DNA from: Camelus dromedarius
Lineage: Eukaryota
DNA length: 64,000 nt
Direction: 5' to 3'
Assembly: GCF_036321535.1 (NCBI RefSeq)
Contig: NC_087436.1
Location: forward strand, 72,294,001 to 72,358,000
Shown here: positions 51,004 to 64,000 of the stretch, piece by piece
Position numbering within the stretch: position 1 is the first letter of the stretch
Layout of the letters: every line of letters starts with the position of its first letter
Made by a program: the position numbers and the translations under genes
Notes under the pieces: model-generated
Database searches by the model: none
Told to the model about the DNA's origin: nothing
What the model saw: the letters and a program-made list of their open reading frames with translations, nothing else

Positions 51004-53589
51004 GAAAAAAAGAACTATACAGAATTCAAAGGAATGTTCTGGTCATCATTCACTAGCATCGAGATCCCAGTTAACAGAAATCCTGGATTTCTCAATTAGT
51101 AGAATTTGCCTGGGTACTGTGCACCTCACTCTTGCTAATCATACTCCCCAGAGAAGAGTCTCAACTTGACAATATAAGCTTTGAATTGCATGACACTGTA
51201 TGAGTTACTAAATCCCTGTAAATCTGGTTTTTTGTTCTTCCAAGTAACATGGAAGAACAATGCTATTAGTGACTTCTCTACATGTTGTTGAGAGGATTAA
51301 ATAAGATAATGCGTGTTAAACACTTAGCACAACTCCTGAAAATTGTAAATATTCAGTAAGTGGCAGTTATGGCCCAAATTATTACTGTTAACTGTATTTC
51401 ATAACAAATTTTTATTGGGAGCCAACTATGTGCTGGGCAGTGCATTGGTGCTGATGAATAAGCAGGTGTGGTCCCTGTGCTCATGTTGCTTATAGCTAGT
51501 GAGGGAGAGAGACAAACAGCCACACAAGTAAGACTTCTAGCTGGTGCTGAGGTTTCTAAGAGAAAAGAGCTGAGTTATAAGTAGGATATATAAATGAAAA
51601 CCAGTTAGGTTGAGAGGCTCAGAAAGACTTCATGCTACGATCTGAACTACTGGTAGAATTAACTACTGGTAGAGAGGTGCTCTGGGGCACGTTAATTGGG
51701 AGTAATGGTTACTAAATAGACTAAAATTCAATTGCTAAACAAGACACAAGTTCATTTCTCTTTCACTTATCAGTCCCGGGTTGGTAGCCAGGCTCTGCTT
51801 TGTAAAGTCACGTGTGGATCCAGGCTAGAAGGGCAGCTCTGTCATTCTCCACTGTGACTTCTGCCATTGCTCCACCAACATCGTTTCCAGCCAGCAGGAA
51901 GGAAAGGGAGATGGACATCTAGGAAGAACTTGAAATAGATGACCTGAAAGTTGCACTTATCTGGGAAGGTCAGCTGGATCTTAGGCAGGCTATCATTGAA
52001 CTGACCTGCCTTGGTATGGTCATCATTATTCACTAGGACCTGGATCTCAATTCTAGAAATCCTAGAACAGTCTGGATTTTGTGCACCTGATTCTTGCAAA
52101 CCAAACTCCCAAGAGATATATAAGCATAGAGGAATATGCTTTAAAGTATATAAACTTGATTGACTGAGTTACTGAATCTTTCTAAGCCTATTTCTTCTTA
52201 GCGAAGTGGAATAATGATAATATTAACACCTTCTCTATATGTTGTTGAGGGTTAAATGTGATAATCCCTTAAGCTCATATGCTATTGATGTCAGATGGGT
52301 TTGTAATACTCATTAATAACTCCCAGCCTTTGGGATGCAACTGACATAGTGCAAAGAGCACAGGCTTTGGGATCAGGTAAACCTGAAATGAATACTTGTT
52401 CCTGTCATTTAAAGCAGTAGGAATGTGGGCATTTTTCTAAAACTAGGACCACCCTGTTTCTTCCTGCAAGAATACTTCCCATCTCAAAAGGCTGTTGTGA
52501 AGATCATAGGAAAAAATTTACACAGAGTAGCTAGACTGGTGCACAGTAAGCACCTAGTAGAAGTTGCATCCCCTGTCTTTTTTGGGCTCCCTTTCACATT
52601 TGCTGTGAGAGATGAAAAGTCACTCACCTGACCTCAGCATGGGTATGTCTAGCCTCAAAGACAGTCTTAATGAGAAGCCAGGCAGAAGACTAGGCACTGT
52701 TTTGGATCATGAGTTATGGGTTTCAGAGAAGAACAAAAATAGAATGAAACCAACCCAACCCCTTCTCTTGCCAGATCTCTTGCTGTCTGTCTCCCACTGA
52801 CACATAACCAAAATTAGCCACAGACCACCAATGGGCAGGTGAGCCACTGTGCAATGTTTTCAACTGGATAAAGCATGGAAAATAAGGAAACAAGGAAGTG
52901 CCAACAGACAGGACAGTTGGGAGTTGAAAGCATAAGGGATGACTATAATGGGTCTGGGGCAAAGGGTAGGATATACATTAATTTAGTGGGAGGTGATTTT
53001 TTTTTTTCACATCAAAACACAGAATTACATCATCTAAATAAATAAGGTCTCTTCATATTTAGAAAGTGTTATGGCATAGTGGTTGAGAAAGCTTGTTTAG
53101 GAACAGTGATTGTTGAGTTCAAACCCTGGCTCCACTGCTTGTGAGCAGTACAGCCTTGGGAAGGTCTTTAAAATTTCTGAGCTGCAGTTTCCTCAATGGT
53201 TCCTAAATCATTACATTAATGCAGTGATCAAATATCATCATCCCTGCAAAGCAAGTGAAAGAGTCTTGGCACAAAATACATATTCAAAAATATTAACTAT
53301 TGTAATTGTGATTCAAGTTTTTAGATAAGTCAACACAGCTCAAAACAAAGAAAGCAGAGGTCATTATCTATCTACTATAGGTGGTACCAATGACAAGATG
53401 AGTCAGACATCTACCTTGCAGCCAGAACGATGTAATTCCTTAGATTTACTCAGTATAGAATTAACCTAAAATTACTCTCCTAAAAATAACTTCTTTTCTT
53501 ACTAGATTCTATCTTCTTTCCCATTAAAAAATTATTTTTCTCAACTTCTGATATATGGAACTTGTCTGTTTCTTGAATAATTACTTTTA

Positions 53590-53739
53590 AAAACTATTGC
53601 TTTTTGGGTTTTGGGGGGAAGAGTGGAAGGTAATTAGGTTTTTAAAAATTAATTAATTATTTTTTAATGGAGGTATTGGAGATTGAACCCAAGACTTCAT
53701 GCACATGCACACACTCTACCAGTGAGCTCTCCCCTCTCC
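53590..53739 (-). mobile_element. tRNA-derived SINE, long-tail form
   Basis: SINE core with an 18-bp TSD cttga(a/g)taa(t/c)tactttta (53572-53589/53740-53757). Confidence 0.87.
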
Positions 53740-56700
53740 CTTGAGTAACTACTTTTATTAAATATTTTTATCAAGTGATTTGTTTCTTAAGTATCTTCAG
53801 GCTTGGCCATTGCTCACAGATCTTTTATGTAGTCATTTCTGCTCCTCCATGTGGATCTTACTGCCTTTCTTTCATTATAATCTAGATAATACCCCTTGGA
53901 GGCAACAAGGCTATTTTCACCTTCTAGCTTTATGACAGCATCATCTTTACTTGGAACGTGCCCTCCTGTTCTCTACTTAGCATTTGTCAAGGGCTGATTT
54001 TTGTGCCTGGAGTTGCACTAGGTACTCTTGAGTCTACAGGTCCAAAATATGGGTCTGTCTCCCAACAGTTTAGAATTTAATAAAAGAAACAAATCTCATA
54101 TGCATGAAATAACTAGAGAATAGAGGCAAGGCAGTTATGACAAAAGGGGGGATAATACAGTAAACACAGGACAGGGGCCCACCAGAGGAACGAGACTAGA
54201 TACATGTTGCTTTCTGGGAAACAGCTATCTCTCCAGCCGGGAAAGGGAGGGGACGCAGTGAAGAAATATTTCAGTTGGCTGGATGGCTGGCTGTCAGCAC
54301 GGCAGCTGGGGGCACCACATGTCTTGATCTACTGCAGCCCCTTCTTGACACACAATGTGCTTTCTTCTGTAGAGACTCATAAATAGCACTTCATTATTGA
54401 CCTGGTTTACAGAGGACAATCTACTCCAAAGAGAAGCTAAACCTTCGAGTACCAGAACATGTTAATAATGAACATTTTGTAGGATATCACAGTGTAAAAA
54501 GAACTTCTGCTTACCTTGCCTTACTTATGATTCACAACCAACCAACCTATAAGGATGTTATTATTTCCATCTTCAAATGAGTAAAACGGAATTAATAGAA
54601 ATTAAGCATGTTTCCTAAGGTCACTAATGTAGCCCATGACCACTGGGTTATTACCATGTTCTATCACCAAAACCTATGCTACAGCGTATTGCCTTGCATT
54701 TGGGATTAGAAAAAATATGGATTTGTGTGTGTGTATGTGTGTGTGTTGAGGGTGTGTCAGGACAGGGATTATTCTGTGAAGTAATTTATCATTCAGAACA
54801 TTATTTCTAGAGAAAAAACATTTCAAATACTAACAAACCAACTGGGTTAAATTTTTTAGGAAACAACCCATTTATATGTTGTAAACTGATGACACAAAAT
54901 GCAAACCTGGGCCTGCAGCCTAGTATTTGACTACCTTATTTCTCCTTCAAGCAAAAAGATGGGTCTTTCCTTTTCAGTATAGTTTTCCATGTACTGATTT
55001 ACTAGATCCTGGGAGATCTATTAATATAGGTCTATTTTTCTCTCTCACATTATAATAACAATTAATTACTATGCTTCACGTGAAAGGACTCCTTCTATCA
55101 AGGATAACATGCTTCTTTGGTAAGCTGTATAATGCAGAAGTTTTCAAGGAACTCACCACTATAATATCTCATGACAAAATGGGGTTTCTATCTTACTTAA
55201 CCTGTTTGGATTTAAATTGAAATAAATTCCTCATCTTATTCCATTTTATTTTCTAGTTTTCTTATCCAAGATCAAGTTTTTGGTCATAGATAATCAAGAC
55301 AAATTCAGTGAATTTGTAAGTCTTCCAAGCTCTCGTCTGTCTATCCCTAGAATACCCTGTTCCCTTTCCACCGTGTTCCCTGACCACTTGGGCTCCAAGC
55401 CAGGATACTTTCTTTATTAAGAAATTTCACTAATGATTAGAGATAAATGTTAAAAAGGGCTTTGAAAAAGACTGACTAGTTCCTTTACCATGGTTCCAAA
55501 AATCTGTCACCATATGGTTAACAAAATGAGTCTGTATTTTTCTCCTTTTGGGAAATGAATAATCTAAGAGATGCAATGTATCTTTATGAGGCTTTAATTT
55601 CTATTAATGCCTCTACCAGTTGGCCGAATTTTTAGAATGATTTCAACTGTTATAAGCTAGAATATAGCAACTATTTTTCCATTATTTCAAAAAAACTGTA
55701 AATATTAATATTAAAACATGCACACACTTAAAAGATGACATGAGCTGCAAACTGAACAGTGACTTACTTCTATTCCCACATCTTCTTCGGATGAAGAACT
55801 TTACCTGTATGGTTTGCTTTGTAATTTTTCTCATGGTTAGTACTTGTTATTATAATATAATTTCCCTCATAGTTAACACTTGCTACTGAGAAACAAAAGT
55901 TAAAGCAACTTGTCCAAATACATATGTCATCGTTAAGGGTAGGATTCGACTCCAGGTTTTCTGATTCTTACCTCCTAGTTCTGAGTCTGAGCCACAGGAT
56001 TCTATTCCCTCTGACCTCTATTTCTTTAAGTCAGTACCAACATCTCATCTAAACAGGAAGCTGTCAAGGACAATAGAGTTGGTCTCTAATGATCTTCTGC
56101 AGGCTCCCAAGGCCATCATCTTTGCAACCCATTGAGCTCTTCCTGGTCCTTTCATTAGAAAGTTGAGATTGTTTGCCAGCTGACTAACTTGTGTTGATCT
56201 CTCTTTTGTTTGCAGTGTGGATTTAGCACCAAGCATGCAATTAAAAATTGGAGCTTATCTCTTCATGGTGAACTTGTTAAGTGTTGCATTATGGTGTTGA
56301 GAATAATCATAGTCCTGCTAATATCCAGGATTTTGAATTATTCTCAAGGCATGCTAATGAGACACTTTGTGGGTTGGAAGATTTTCCCTTTTCCTGCTCC
56401 CGAGCCGTGTTATGTTACACAACAATTCCAAGTAGAAGCCTACACAGTACATGTATTTTCTTAATTATATGAATGTTTTTAAAATAAGACTTTAACATAA
56501 TTTTAAAACATTCATATGTAAGTAGTTTATGGCCTGGAGTATTTCACCTTCTGAGTCATCATTTTATTGGGATATGGAAATACTGTGGTTGTTCAGAAAT
56601 GTGTTTTTATATTCCAACAGGGACATGGAATAGTTTGAAAAGCCCGTAATTTCCTTTAGACTTTTACTCTTCAGTAATACAAAATGACACTCATTTAAAG

Positions 56701-57574
56701 ATGCAATTACCTATGCTAATAGCTGCCAATAAACATCGCCTTTCAAATAAGCATGCAACTATTTTTAGAGAGTAATTTTGATTGCTATTTGTAAGAAGTG
56801 CTAATGTTTTTATCTCTTTCTTCTTGCAGAACTCTTCATGGGTCTTACATAACTGAAATAAATGTTAGTCAAATATTGATTCTGATACTATAGTAGAAAG
56901 ATTGAGGACAGGGAGAATAATATCATATAAAACAACTATTACAGATTTCATATTCAAATGTTCCAAAATTAATGCATCACCCTCCTGAGAACTTCAAAGG
57001 AAGAGGTTATGTAGGTAGGAATATTATACATTATAAAGCATCAATTTTACATTCTAAAGTGAATGCTCAGAGATAATGGACTTAGACAGTCCTGCACATT
57101 TGAGCAAAGCATTCTGATTTCTAGGAGATGACTGGAGGCAAGTCAAGTTGACTGTAAGGTTATAAGTTTGTAAATAAAGACAATATCATATTAAATCTAA
57201 ACACCAGTTTCCTGACAATCTAAAGATGCATGTCCAACCACTAGTAAATGAAAAGAAAAAAGGAAAATACTGAGGGTAAGCCACAGGTAGGTTAATGACT
57301 ACTCTGGAAGGGGAGATGTGTATATTTATTCTGTTAAGAAAAATATGGTGTAAGGTCTGAGCCAGATAGAAGCTTAAAGAGAGGTCATATATTATGCAAA
57401 GACTTCTGTTGGAAGAATATTCATCAGGAACTGAGGGATAAACTTGAGCTCCCTAAAGCCAAGGATGACCTAGGACTTTCTGGTCTTTTTAAAACATGGT
57501 CTTAAAATTAGCCTGGAGATAATCAGATCACCTGTTTAGATTTCTGGGAGATCAGCATAGGTTTTGTAAAGACA

Positions 57575-58580
57575 ACAAAGGCTTGATCTCGAGAATATAT
57601 AAGCAGCTCATATGACTTAATAAGAAAAAAACAAACAACCCAATCCAAAAATGGGCAGATGACCTAAACAAGCAATTCTCCAAGGAAGACATACAAATGA
57701 TCAACAGGCACATGAAAAAATGCTCAATATCACTAATTATCAGAGAAATGCAAATCAAAACTACAATGAGGTATCACCTCACACCAGTCAGAACGGCCAT
57801 CACTCAAAAGTCCACAAATGACAAATGCTGGAGAGGCTGTGGAGAAAATGGAACCCTCCTGCACTGCTGGTGGGAATGCAGTTTGGTGCAGCCACTGTGG
57901 AAAACAGTATGGAGATTCCTCAAAAGTCTAGGAATAGACTTATCGTATGACCCAGGAATCCCACTCCTGGGCATATTTCAGGAGGAACCCTACTTCAGGA
58001 TGACACCTGCATCCCAATGTTCATAGCAGCACTATTTACAATAGCCAAGACATGGAGACAGCCTAAATGTCCATTGATGGATGACTGGATAAAGAAGAGG
58101 TGGTATATTTATACAATGGAATACTACTCAGCCATAAAAACCGACAACATAACGCCATTTGCAGCAACATGGATGCTCCTGGAGAATGTCATTCTAAGTG
58201 AGGTAAGCCAGAAAGAGAAATAAAAATACCATATGGGATCGCTCATATGTGGAATCTGAAAAAAAAAAAAACAACACAAAGAATAAATACAAAACAGAAA
58301 TAGACTCATAGACATAGAATGTAAACTTGTGGTTGCCAAGGGGGTGGGGGGTGGGAAGGGACAGACCGGGATTTCAAAATGTAGAATAGATAAACAAGAT
58401 TATACTGTATAGCACAGGGAAATATATACAAGATCTTATGGTAGCTCACAGAGAAAAAAATGTGACAATGAATATATGTATGTTCATGTATAACTGAAAA
58501 ATTGTGCTCTACAATGGAATTTGACACAACATTGTAAAATGATTATAAATCAATAAAAAATGTTAAAAAAAAAAAAAAAA
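57575..58580 (+). mobile_element. Young 5'-truncated L1
   Basis: Very similar to 50040-51003, with a long pure poly-A and TSD aaagacaa. Confidence 0.95.
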
Positions 58581-58869
58581 AGACAATTCCAGGCTGTCTG
58601 AGAGGTCAGAACGTTTCACAACATTAAAATGTTGTTAACCTTTCCCTATCCCTGACTCTTTCTGCATGTGTGGTGCAAGTTTCCGAAGAATATGTGATGT
58701 GTGATGATGTCATTGCTCTGGGATGGCTAATGAAATATGAGTTGTTATTTTAATACTTCTGTTTTAACTTCTAATATAGTAATTATCAATGGTTATAATT
58801 CATATTTTAAAGAAAACTCTTTAGGGACCTCAATAATTTTTAAGAGTTTAAAAGTATCTCATTCAGCAA

Positions 58870-59008
58870 CCTCTAGACACACATGACTGTTGAGCACCTA
58901 AAATGTGCTAGTGGCTAGTGAGACTGAGGAACTGAGCTTTAAATGTTTAGTTTAAATTTAAATGTAAATACCCCTGTGGATGATGACTACCACGTTGGTC
59001 AGTGCAGA
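58870..59008. mobile_element. MER3/MER33-like hAT MITE fragment
   Basis: cacatgactgttgagcacctaaaatgtgctagt..gactgaggaactga..ttggtcagtgcag. Confidence 0.65.
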
Positions 59009-59284
59009 CCCAGACTCTCCTTGTCCTCACTCTTCATTCAATACTTTCCTCAATCTTTTACACAGCTTCTTTACAGTTAGAAAGATATTTTTCTTCTGCT
59101 AACTATTTAATTCTTGGCTTGGTTTGTGTAGTGTACGAGGAAGTGTTTAACAACAAACATGCAATAAGAGAATTTTTGTGTGCAGCTCCAAAATATGAAT
59201 AAATTCCATATCAAATCTTTGACTCAAAAAAGAAAAAAAAAAACACAAAAAAATCTTGTAGTTGACCCTTTAAGAGTTATACAG

Positions 59285-59897
59285 AATATACCACATCTTC
59301 TTTATCCAATCATCTGTTGATGGACATTTAGACTGTTTCCATGTCTTGGCTATTGTAAATAGTGCTGCTATGAACATTGGGGTGCAGGTGTCATTTTGGA
59401 GTAGGGTTTATACCGTGGAATACTATTCAACCATAAAAACTGACAACATAATGCCATTTGTAGCAACATGGATGTTCCTGGAGAATGTCATTCTAAGTGG
59501 AGTAAGCCAGAAAGAGAAATAAAAATACCATATGAGATTGCTCATATGAGGAATCTGAAAAAAAAAAAAAAACATAAATACAAAACAGAAACAGACTCAG
59601 ACATAGAATACAAACTTGTGGTTGCCAAGGGGGTGGGGGGTGGGAAGGGATAGACTGGGATTTCAAAATGTAGAGTAGATAAACAAGATTGTACTGTGTA
59701 GCACAGGGAAATATATACAAGATCTTATGGTAGCTCACAGAGAAAAAAATGTGACAATGAATATATATATGTTCATGTGTAACTGAAAAATTATGCTCTA
59801 CACTGGAATTTGACACAACATTGTAAAATGATTATAAATCAATAAAAATTGTTAAAAAAATAAAATAAAACTCACAAACCTTAAAAAAAAAAAAAAA
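59285..59897 (+). mobile_element. Short young L1 with inverted 5' segment (59285-59408 antisense)
   Basis: Antisense and sense parts are contiguous in the L1 at 50450-50600. Bipartite A tail and short TSD acagaat. Confidence 0.9.
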
Positions 59898-60599
59898 GAC
59901 AGAATTCACTGGTACTACAGTCAGATGAAATCAAGTAAAGGAAGAGTGAAGGAAAATAAATTTCCCCAAAGGAGGATTCCACATGAAAACACAACTGCTG
60001 GCTGCTGCAGAGCCTCACTCCTTCCACATGTTACCTGACATGTAACACATGTACACACAGGCAGAGAAAGACAGGACCTGGGTTCTGTGGAGCAGCTAAG
60101 GGAATGTGGGTAATGTCTGAAGGAATGCACATCATTTATTAGCGTTGGCTTAATTTTCAATCAAAATATCAATTCAGTAACACAATTTATGATGAAATGA
60201 ATGAAAATTTCAGTCTATCATCACAGGTATACAAGAAATTGTCCCTACGCTTCTGTGGTTCTACTCAATTCCTACTAAGTCCTACTCTCCACGGAAAGTG
60301 GGCAAACAATCTTACTTGATATTTGATTCTTTCTTTTTCTAAGGATTGTTTCTAAATTAGGAGATAGATACAGAGCTGAGGTTGTAGGGTTTAGTAAATT
60401 CTGACAGATGGTTTTTCTTTTTTGTAATGCAAGTGCCTGGTTTATGCTTTGGTTGCCCAAGTATCCACTTTAAAGATGCATCACTTCATCCTTCATCCTG
60501 TTTTAGAGATCTCAGTTGTTTTGATAGTTGACCATTCAGGCTCTTTGTTTTCTCTCTTTCCAAGCTTAAAATTCCTGATCTTTGGTTTTAAATTCATCA

Positions 60600-60873
60600 A
60601 TAGAGATGAAGCAGCAAAACCTTATGCCCCCACCCTTGACCCAATAAAAGCAGAACCCCAGGCCCACACTATCTCACTCCCTCTACCTACGATCTCATTG
60701 TGTGGCCCCACATGTGCCATGTAATTTCCAGGACTTGTAAGTAATAAACCATTTATTTTTCAAAGTTTACTGATGGTTAATTGCTGAGGGTGTTTTGCGA
60801 TCATACTAAGAACCACAAGGGTTTGTCTCTCCATAACACCAGTTATCAGCAGGCTGAGACGGACACACAACAC
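60600..60873 (+). mobile_element. Partial old LTR (3' half)
   Basis: ccaataaaag TATA-like motif, AATAAA near 60743, ends ..cacacaaca. Confidence 0.45.
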
Positions 60874-61274
60874 AGGAGTACCCCTCTACCAATCACTGCC
60901 TTTTTTCTACTTGGCATCTACAGTTATGTACACATTCTCTATCTGTCTGAATTCATGGCTGTCTCCATAACTCCTGGGACAGAATCAAGAGGAGATGAAT
61001 CATTATGTTTCTTCCAGGCCATTGTTCTGGGATAACATATACTATATGAGGCCATCTGAAGCTTCCTCTGCCCAGGCTTCTTTAGTAAACTGCTTTTTAA
61101 TCAGACTCCATGAATCTGTATTGGGTTTTACCACTTTTCCAACACTCTTCTGGGAGAGAGGGCGCAGGGTCCCTCTCTCCAGAACATACCAGTATCTACA
61201 CTGTCATGATCCCCCCAAACCCCCTTCAATCCATGTCACTCTTATACCAGAAAAAGCTTTTCTTGTCTCTAGAA

Positions 61275-61507
61275 CAGGGTTTCTCAACCCAAGCACGGTT
61301 CATATTTTGGACCAGACAGTTCTTTGCTGTTAGAAGCTGTCTTGTTCATTGTATGTTATTTAGCAGCATCCCTGGCCTCTACTCTATAGATACCAACAAC
61401 ACCCTTTTCCCAAAGTCATGACAATCAAAGATGTCTCTGGACTCTGCCGAATCCTCTGTGGGATGGGGTGGGGGGAGGGGGGGAGTCATCCCAGTCGAGA
61501 ACCACTA
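61275..61507 (+). mobile_element. MER20-like hAT MITE
   Basis: TIRs cagggtttctc../..gagaaccacta and a perfect 8-bp TSD ctctagaa (61267-61274/61508-61515). Confidence 0.9.
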
Positions 61508-63199
61508 CTCTAGAAGAAGCCCCCTTTTCAAGCCTCAATTATTTCAAATATTTTGTCTAAGCTCTAAATCCCCTAAATGCCCTATGGGTTTATCCTACCA
61601 TATCAGGGCTGAGAGCAGGGGAACAATGCATGAAAGAAGAAAAAAAAATGGTATATTAAAAAGAACAAGTAATATAGCACCTATTCTTGATCATGTAATA
61701 ATTCCTTCCTGTTAAGTAAATGAATAAAAGAACTTGCATGAAATCTCTCTGCAAGAACTGTTGTATTGTTTTACTGATTACCATTTGCAGGTGGGTGTAG
61801 AGCTAATGAGACATCTTCAGTAGTGACAGGTAAATAGTCATGAAGAAGTACATAATCTTTCCTTCTTTTCCAATTGAGTAACTTAAAAATTAAGTTATAA
61901 AGTATTTTGGAAACTCAGAACAATGTAAAAATAATCCAATAAATAATTGTTTGTCTACCATTCACTTTAAGAACTAAAAATTACTACTGCAGTTGATGCC
62001 CCCATGAAGTTACCCTGATTGCATGCATCTCCAGAGGTAGCCCCTATTTTGAATTTGATGATGAAATGTGCACAATCAGAGGGAAGTTCTCCTGTTGGAT
62101 AATGATGACCTTTATAGCTGCTCCAGTATTCAATGCTTTGGTTCTGGGTATTGGTGGCAGAAATTTTCAAAAAAAAAATTCAGGGAGAATGAGTATAACA
62201 AATTTTGGCTTATTCAAAGTGGAAAAAATCTGCTAATGTTCTGATAAAACAGAGAATGACAACTAAAAATAGCCACTCAAATGTCTAGATGTTTCTTTGA
62301 GATCAAGCCAATTTCAGTTCCTTCTCTTAATCTTGTTTACAACTTTTTCTTCCCCCATTATTCCAGTTGCCCCCGAAAGGAAGAAAACATCTTAGATTGA
62401 GAGATGAGGGTCACATAGCCTTCAATTCTGTCTCTGTTTTCTTCCTTCCCATTGCTTTCCCACAATATAAATCATTTTGTTCTTTGTAATAAAATGCAAA
62501 AACCTCTTCACACTGTGGCTTTAATCTAAGCTCTTGTTAATGAAGAGAAATGTGATAGCTCAGGAATAGTCACTCCTTATGAATAATCAGTCCCATCTAT
62601 GTTTTTATAAGATTAGAAATACTACCAACTAATTACATGTTTTTTAAATCAGCTATCAGTAAAGTGATGCAGTTTCTGAGGAACAAAAGCACATAGAGTT
62701 TGCAGTGGTGTAGCCCATGTTCTTTTGGACATGATAAGATCAAATAGTCACTACTCTAATGAATGCTTTGAGGGGATGTTCAATGGTGACCTACAGAAAG
62801 ATATGACACTGAAATGAAGATGTGTTTCTAGCTTGGACTCCAAATAGGAACTGACACTGCTAGCATTTCCTATATTGTGAGGCAATGCCGAGAGTTCTCA
62901 TTGTGGCAGAGCCCTCCTTCCCCAAAGAGAACACAGAGAGTTTGGGTTAGAGAAAGAGATGCAAAATCATGCAACTATTTTCCAAGACAATAAGCCTTGC
63001 GCAGTATTTGGCAGACCATGTTGAAGGAAAGCAAAACTTTCCAAGGATATGGAATGATAAAGACAACTCAATAATTGAAGTTTTATTTTTTAAATAAATG
63101 TATAACCATAGAATAAGAATTATCAGGATTTAATAATACAGGCACTAAAACAGGGCACAGACATTCCTGCAGAGACAGTGTGAGACAGAAGCAGCAGGG

Positions 63200-63812
63200 A
63201 TCAAACAATGGCCATTATATGGTGCTAGAATACATACACAGATCTGGGAGATGAGGGGTACCAGTAGTAGTGACCTCTCTAATCACCACATCCAGCTACA
63301 CACTTGCAGGTTTTGTGCTTCCGGAACTCATGATGCTAAACTCTGACAGCTCAAAGATTCTGGTTCTAAGGAGAAAAACATTGGTACCAGGACACACAGA
63401 ATGTATTCCACTGAATCTAAAACAATTGCTACCTGGTCACCTTGAGCTCCTCATGCTTGTGGACCATCAGATAAATGAAGGAGTTACCATCCTCATTGAA
63501 ATAACTGACCCTAATTATCATGAGGAGTTAGACTTGCTGATACTTACAGGGACTTATGATGATTCTATGCCACGGGAGAATGAGAAATGGGCAATTTCTG
63601 AATTGCTAGATAAGGGAGAGGTAAGGGAAAAACAGCCAAAAGCTCAAGCCCCTCAGGGATGAAGGGTCTAGCTGGGTTCCACCACCAGGTAAGCAAATGA
63701 AATCAGCTCAATTTCTAACCAAGGATAATGAGACTCTAGAATGAATGTGAAGGAGGGAGGTGACTAATATCAATGATGACCTAGGACCAGTTGCAGTCGT
63801 GGGGTGTGCAGT
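63200..63812 (+). mobile_element. ERV-L-class internal relic: integrase C-terminus plus dUTPase
   Basis: ORF 63270-63662 (LVPGHTECIPLNLKQLLPGHLELLMLVDHQINEGVTILIEITDPNYHEELDLL) resembles the recalled ERV-L dUTPase region. Downstream pieces (PSGMK.., PPGK, DQLQ) follow in shifted frames. Confidence 0.78.
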
Positions 63813-64000
63813 GTGTTCCAATGGGACTCAGTGATCAAGCAAACTCAGTATGGAGCCCCAGTGAATCTGAGTGGTACAAAGGGCAGTCTCCAACATGCAT
63901 TTATTGCTTCCCCCATCACATTCCCCAAACGTTCCTCTGATTTCAGTCACAACAGTGGAGAAGGGATCCTTACAATCTCAGATGCACGTTGCACTGGTAA

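Noticed and set aside
56210..56472. Acceptor-like ttgcag followed by a Cys-containing 84-aa ORF
   Set aside because: No CXC spacing, partner exons or homology seen. It may be non-coding.
1..64000. CRISPR arrays, operons or other prokaryotic systems
   Set aside because: The sequence is mammalian, with no regularly spaced repeat-spacer array.

Overview
Mammalian genomic DNA from the CXC-chemokine cluster, probably a camelid (inferred from the tRNA-derived SINE and L1 3' end types; not verified). The only intact protein-coding gene is a 4-exon ELR+ GRO-type chemokine (CXCL1/2/3 family, 104 aa, 17550-18872, +) with an NF-kB promoter and an AU-rich 3'UTR. About 7.4 kb downstream, and mostly invisible in the ORF track, lies a decayed 4-exon CXC chemokine gene (26957-34733, +) that aligns by eye with rodent Cxcl15/lungkine as recalled. 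Its last exon stops almost at once (..RSPN*), while a shifted frame weakly resembles the long rodent tail, suggesting that tail arose by frameshift into 3'UTR. The rest is repeat-rich: eight nested or clustered solo LTRs (2.9-9.2 kb), several 5'-truncated L1s (three with twin-priming inversions), SINEs, MaLR LTRs, L2/MIR, hAT MITEs and an ERV-L integrase/dUTPase relic. Almost all ORFs in the track are repeat fragments or noise. All homology calls are by eye or from memory; no searches were run.
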